From NCBI GenBank assembly GCA_016929335.1, contig JAFGIY010000118.1:34494-98493 (forward strand): DNA of 64,000 nucleotides. Direction: 5' to 3'. Shown here one piece after another: positions 60,740-64,000 of the stretch; within the stretch, counting starts at the first letter, position 1, and every line of letters begins with the position of its first letter. A program made the position numbers and the translations under genes. The notes under the pieces are model-generated. The model did no database searches. It was not told the origin of the DNA and worked only from the letters and a program-made list of their open reading frames with translations. This DNA is from Acidobacteriota bacterium (GTDB taxonomy: Bacteria; Acidobacteriota; UBA6911).

Positions 60740-61921
60740 CTACCGCTCCTTGCCGATGCTGCGCACAAACAATCCGATGCGCTTGCGGCATTCTTCCGAA
60801 AGGGACGTGGCATCTTCCCGCACAAGGAAATGAGGAATTCCTCTCTCATCCAGGTACTGCCGGCGCCTTGGGTAATCCCATCCTGCTACGCAGTCTTCAG
60901 GCGGCAGATAAAAAACAATGCCATCGATTCCATCCATTGATTCCTGTTGAAACCATGCATCGGCGAATTCAAAGGGAAATAGCCGCGGGCTTGGCGCATC
61001 GAGGTAGTATTTCTCAAATATGGCTTTCAACAGGTCGCCGGATCCATCAGCAATATCCTCGCCCGCACTGCGTGAACCCCACCAGTCATCTTCCGCGACT
61101 ACAACCGCTCCCTGTTGTTCCAGCGCCCGGTGAAGGCCTCGATGGTTTAATGAGGATCCCACAATCATCAGTTTCCTGCCGGCAAGAGGATTGCGATTCC
61201 CAATCATCTCCGCTGCTTTATCTGCCAGACGCGTATATTCATCCCTGCCGACAAAAACCGACGCTCCAATCAATGCCAACGCCTCTGTTCCGCTAATTCG
61301 CGGTTCATGCCGGCGCAGGTCCACCAGCTTCCGAATTGCTTTGCGTGCGGAATTGGATTCCCTGATCGCATGCAGCAGGGCCGCATCATCTACGCGTTTG
61401 CCGGTCAGCTCTTCAAGCCGTTCCTTCAGACACAGCGTACGTTCCAGTCCATAGGAACAGGATTCCCGGGAGCGTGTATGGAGCATGTCATACAGGTAAA
61501 CGGGCGGAAGGCGGCGCTCGGGATCCTGGCGCGAAACCTCCCGGAGATAAAGGTACAGTTTATACTCCTGCTCTGAAGTCCTCGGTATCAGCAGAAGGCT
61601 CAGGAATTGCAGATCTCCGGATATTGCAGCCCCGAATATGGCTCGAATGCGCTCCTCGAAAACGCCCTCTTCCATAAAACTGCCGATATCCGGGAGTTTC
61701 GAATTTCGGGGATTGATCACGCAGGGGAAAGCTCCGGAGGCTCGGACAAGTTCCCATGGCACCGTATTAGACGTAATCCCTACTACCGGGATGCCGCCGG
61801 CGGCGGATGATACAGCTTCCGCCGCCGGGTTTTCATAATGCCACGTCAGCCGCTCTATCGGATCCGTCCTATTCCGCAGCTTTGTTGTGTGATCAGGACT
61901 CGCCATATTGAATGTCCGCAT
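60740..61921 (-). CDS. 2-hydroxyacyl-CoA dehydratase family subunit (divergent)
   Basis: VG...TVPWELVRASG, LEELTG, GAVVVAED, IDGIVFY; start uncertain (61906-61942). Confidence 0.8.
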   Translation of the reverse strand: MRTFNMASPDHTTKLRNRTDPIERLTWHYENPAAEAVSSAAGGIPVVGITSNTVPWELVRASGAFPCVINPRNSKLPDIGSFMEEGVFEERIRAIFGAAISGDLQFLSLLLIPRTSEQEYKLYLYLREVSRQDPERRLPPVYLYDMLHTRSRESCSYGLERTLCLKERLEELTGKRVDDAALLHAIRESNSARKAIRKLVDLRRHEPRISGTEALALIGASVFVGRDEYTRLADKAAEMIGNRNPLAGRKLMIVGSSLNHRGLHRALEQQGAVVVAEDDWWGSRSAGEDIADGSGDLLKAIFEKYYLDAPSPRLFPFEFADAWFQQESMDGIDGIVFYLPPEDCVAGWDYPRRRQYLDERGIPHFLVREDATSLSEECRKRIGLFVRSIGKER

Positions 61922-62142
61922 CTGCAAAACATCACTGTACAATCACACACTTATTTCACAACTCTAATCCGTGTCAAGCATATAATGCACATGATATGGC
62001 ATTTGCATGCATAATGCGTTTATATTTCTGTTTTATCCGCGAATCCGATGCGCTAGAGTAAATCCCGAATGGAGAAATTACCGCAGGATCGGCATCCAGC
62101 CGGTATAAAGGCGGCACCAATGGAAAGTACAGAGGCGGAACT

Positions 62143-63402
62143 ATGAAAGAAACTGAATCAAAAACTGCACTCCCGAAACCCTTGGAGGATATTACCGTCC
62201 TGGATATGACGATTGCACTGGCCGGGCCGTTCGCAACGTTCCTGCTCGCCGGGCTCGGCGCTCGCGTTATCAAGGTGGAGAATCCGTCCGCGGGAGATAC
62301 ATGTCGCGAAAATGCTCCTTACCTTGGAGTGGAAGGAGCAGGTCTGGTCCGCAGAAGTGCCGATGACGTATCCGTTTCAGCCATTAACCGGCTGCGAAAC
62401 AAACTCGGCATTACCCTCAATCTCAAGCATCCGGAGGCGCGTGCCATTTTCGCCGACCTTGTGAAAAAGTGCGACGTACTGGTTGAAAATTATAGCCGTG
62501 GGACTCTGGATCGTCTTGGCGTGGGCTATAGCTGGTTGCAGGAAGTGAATCCGAGGCTTGTTTATTGCTCCATTACAGGTTTTGGCAGTGACGATGATTC
62601 GAGCCCTGCCAAAGCCATGGACACGATCATCCAGGCTCAAAGCGGCGTGATGTATACCTCCGGTGGGCCGCAGGATCCGCCTGTTCGAGTCGGGATTCCC
62701 ATGGCCGATTTTTGCGCGCCCATGTTCGGCGTTATCGGTGTGTTGGCAGCCATACACCAGGCGCAACGCACGGGAGTCGGCCAGCATGTCGATATTTCCA
62801 TGCTCGGAGCATTGACGATGATGGTTTCGGGAGAGCCATTCGATCTTCTGGAACGCTGCGGCATTCCGCAGCGGACCGGACAAACGATGCCGCGTCTGGC
62901 TCCCTTCGGCATTTTCCCGACCAAAGACGGTTTCATCGCCATCTGTGCGCCGACCGAGGCGATGGCGCGCGGCTTCTTTGTGGCTGCGGATCATCCGGAG
63001 ATGTCTGACGATGAGAAATTCGCCACACGCGATGCGCGAGTCAAGAACTACCGGGAACTCGATGCCTTTATTGAGCGGTTTACCGGTTCGCTGACCTCTG
63101 CTGAGGCGCTGGCGCGATTGGAGCGTGCCGGCGTGCCGGCGGCTGAGGTTCGAGATCCATCCGCAGCAGTGCGCGATCCCAGAGTAGTGCAGCGCGGCGA
63201 AACCGTGCCTCTCATGCATCCCAGATACGGCGCCGTGGAAGATGTCTATGGTATGGGTATGCCCATAGTGTTCTCCGGCTCCAATGCCGGCTTTACCCAG
63301 CCGCCTCCGTCGTTGGGTGAACACAATGATATGGTTTATGCTCAAATTCTGGGCTATTCCCCAGAGAGAATTGCGAAACTGAAAACTCAAAAGGTTATTT
63401 GA
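62143..63402 (+). CDS. Family III CoA-transferase (CaiB/BaiF)
   Basis: LAGPFA..LAGLGA.VIKVE, RNK, DVLVEN, SITGFG, catalytic MD..QA.SG. Confidence 0.93.
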   Translation: MKETESKTALPKPLEDITVLDMTIALAGPFATFLLAGLGARVIKVENPSAGDTCRENAPYLGVEGAGLVRRSADDVSVSAINRLRNKLGITLNLKHPEARAIFADLVKKCDVLVENYSRGTLDRLGVGYSWLQEVNPRLVYCSITGFGSDDDSSPAKAMDTIIQAQSGVMYTSGGPQDPPVRVGIPMADFCAPMFGVIGVLAAIHQAQRTGVGQHVDISMLGALTMMVSGEPFDLLERCGIPQRTGQTMPRLAPFGIFPTKDGFIAICAPTEAMARGFFVAADHPEMSDDEKFATRDARVKNYRELDAFIERFTGSLTSAEALARLERAGVPAAEVRDPSAAVRDPRVVQRGETVPLMHPRYGAVEDVYGMGMPIVFSGSNAGFTQPPPSLGEHNDMVYAQILGYSPERIAKLKTQKVI

Positions 63403-63406
63403 CATC

Positions 63407-64000
63407 ATGGGCGATTCCACCATTCTGAAAGTGATGCTGGTAGGTGATTTGATCCTGGACGAGCCTGAACCCGACTCATTTTTCGAGCCGGCGCGCAGCA
63501 CGTTGAAGGAAGCCGACGTGCTGGTTGGACATGTTGAAATCCCGCATACGCGCCGCGGGCGCGAGAGCACTTCTGATGTTCCGGCACCACCCGGCAATCC
63601 CGACAACCTGGCTGCTTTGAAACGCGCGGGATTTCACGTTGCTACTCTGGCCGGCAATCACATGTTTGATGCCGGACCGGATGGCGTCGAAGATACCATC
63701 ACCACACTTCGGCAACTTGGCATTGTCACGACAGGAGCGGGGATGTGTCTCACCGAAGCGCGGGAGCCGGCGATAGTGGGGCATCAGGGATTGAAGGTCG
63801 GGACGCTCAGTTACAACTGCGTCGGCCCAAAGGATTCGTGGGCAAATGAGAAAAAGGCGGGTTGCTCCTATATTCAGGTGATCACTCATTATGAGCTGGA
63901 TCACGCTACTCCCGGAGGTCCCCCGCGGATATATACATTTGCAGAACCCGAGAGCACGGATGCGATGCTGGCGGACATAGAAAATCTGCGCCGGATGGTG
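63407..64000 (+). CDS. CapA/PGA_cap family metallophosphatase-fold protein (3' partial)
   Basis: Not in the ORF track; translated by hand: MLVGD, GHVE, GFHVATLAGNHMFDAG, GAG; open to the window end. Confidence 0.85.
   Translation, partial: MGDSTILKVMLVGDLILDEPEPDSFFEPARSTLKEADVLVGHVEIPHTRRGRESTSDVPAPPGNPDNLAALKRAGFHVATLAGNHMFDAGPDGVEDTITTLRQLGIVTTGAGMCLTEAREPAIVGHQGLKVGTLSYNCVGPKDSWANEKKAGCSYIQVITHYELDHATPGGPPRIYTFAEPESTDAMLADIENLRRMV

Overview
A 64 kb, gene-dense window from a probably anaerobic bacterium, most likely Acidobacteriota (it carries an Acidobacterial VWFA-related protein, an Acidobacteria-type beta-barrel and small secreted proteins; this is inferred from protein families only). 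About 55 CDS are supported. I saw no rRNA, tRNA, CRISPR array or intact transposase. Main content: (i) a ~22.6-43.7 kb Fe-S/metal/redox region with two paralogous PAS-sigma54 activators carrying a C-x8-C-x3-C motif (OrpR-like), Mrp ATPase, two NifB/NifX proteins, FmdB, radical SAM, CoA-disulfide reductase-rhodanese, nifU-nifS, DUF364 and C-GCAxxG-C-C proteins, plus several -24/-12 promoters and a recurring TGCA-N3-TGCA box; (ii) a His/CxxC-rich leader ORF ending in RAPP whose last codons can base-pair with the Shine-Dalgarno of the downstream TonB-dependent receptor, a candidate metal-sensing ribosome-stalling switch and the best finding; (iii) multiheme cytochromes (6-heme; CbcL-like 9+4-heme cytochrome b fusion; split-Soret); (iv) several twin-arginine leaders on normally cytoplasmic folds; (v) a 2-hydroxyacyl-CoA dehydratase/CoA-transferase/CapA-like cluster; (vi) a CTAG-bounded MITE-like element, a REP-like doublet and gene remnants. 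All calls come from motif recognition by eye; no database searches were run.
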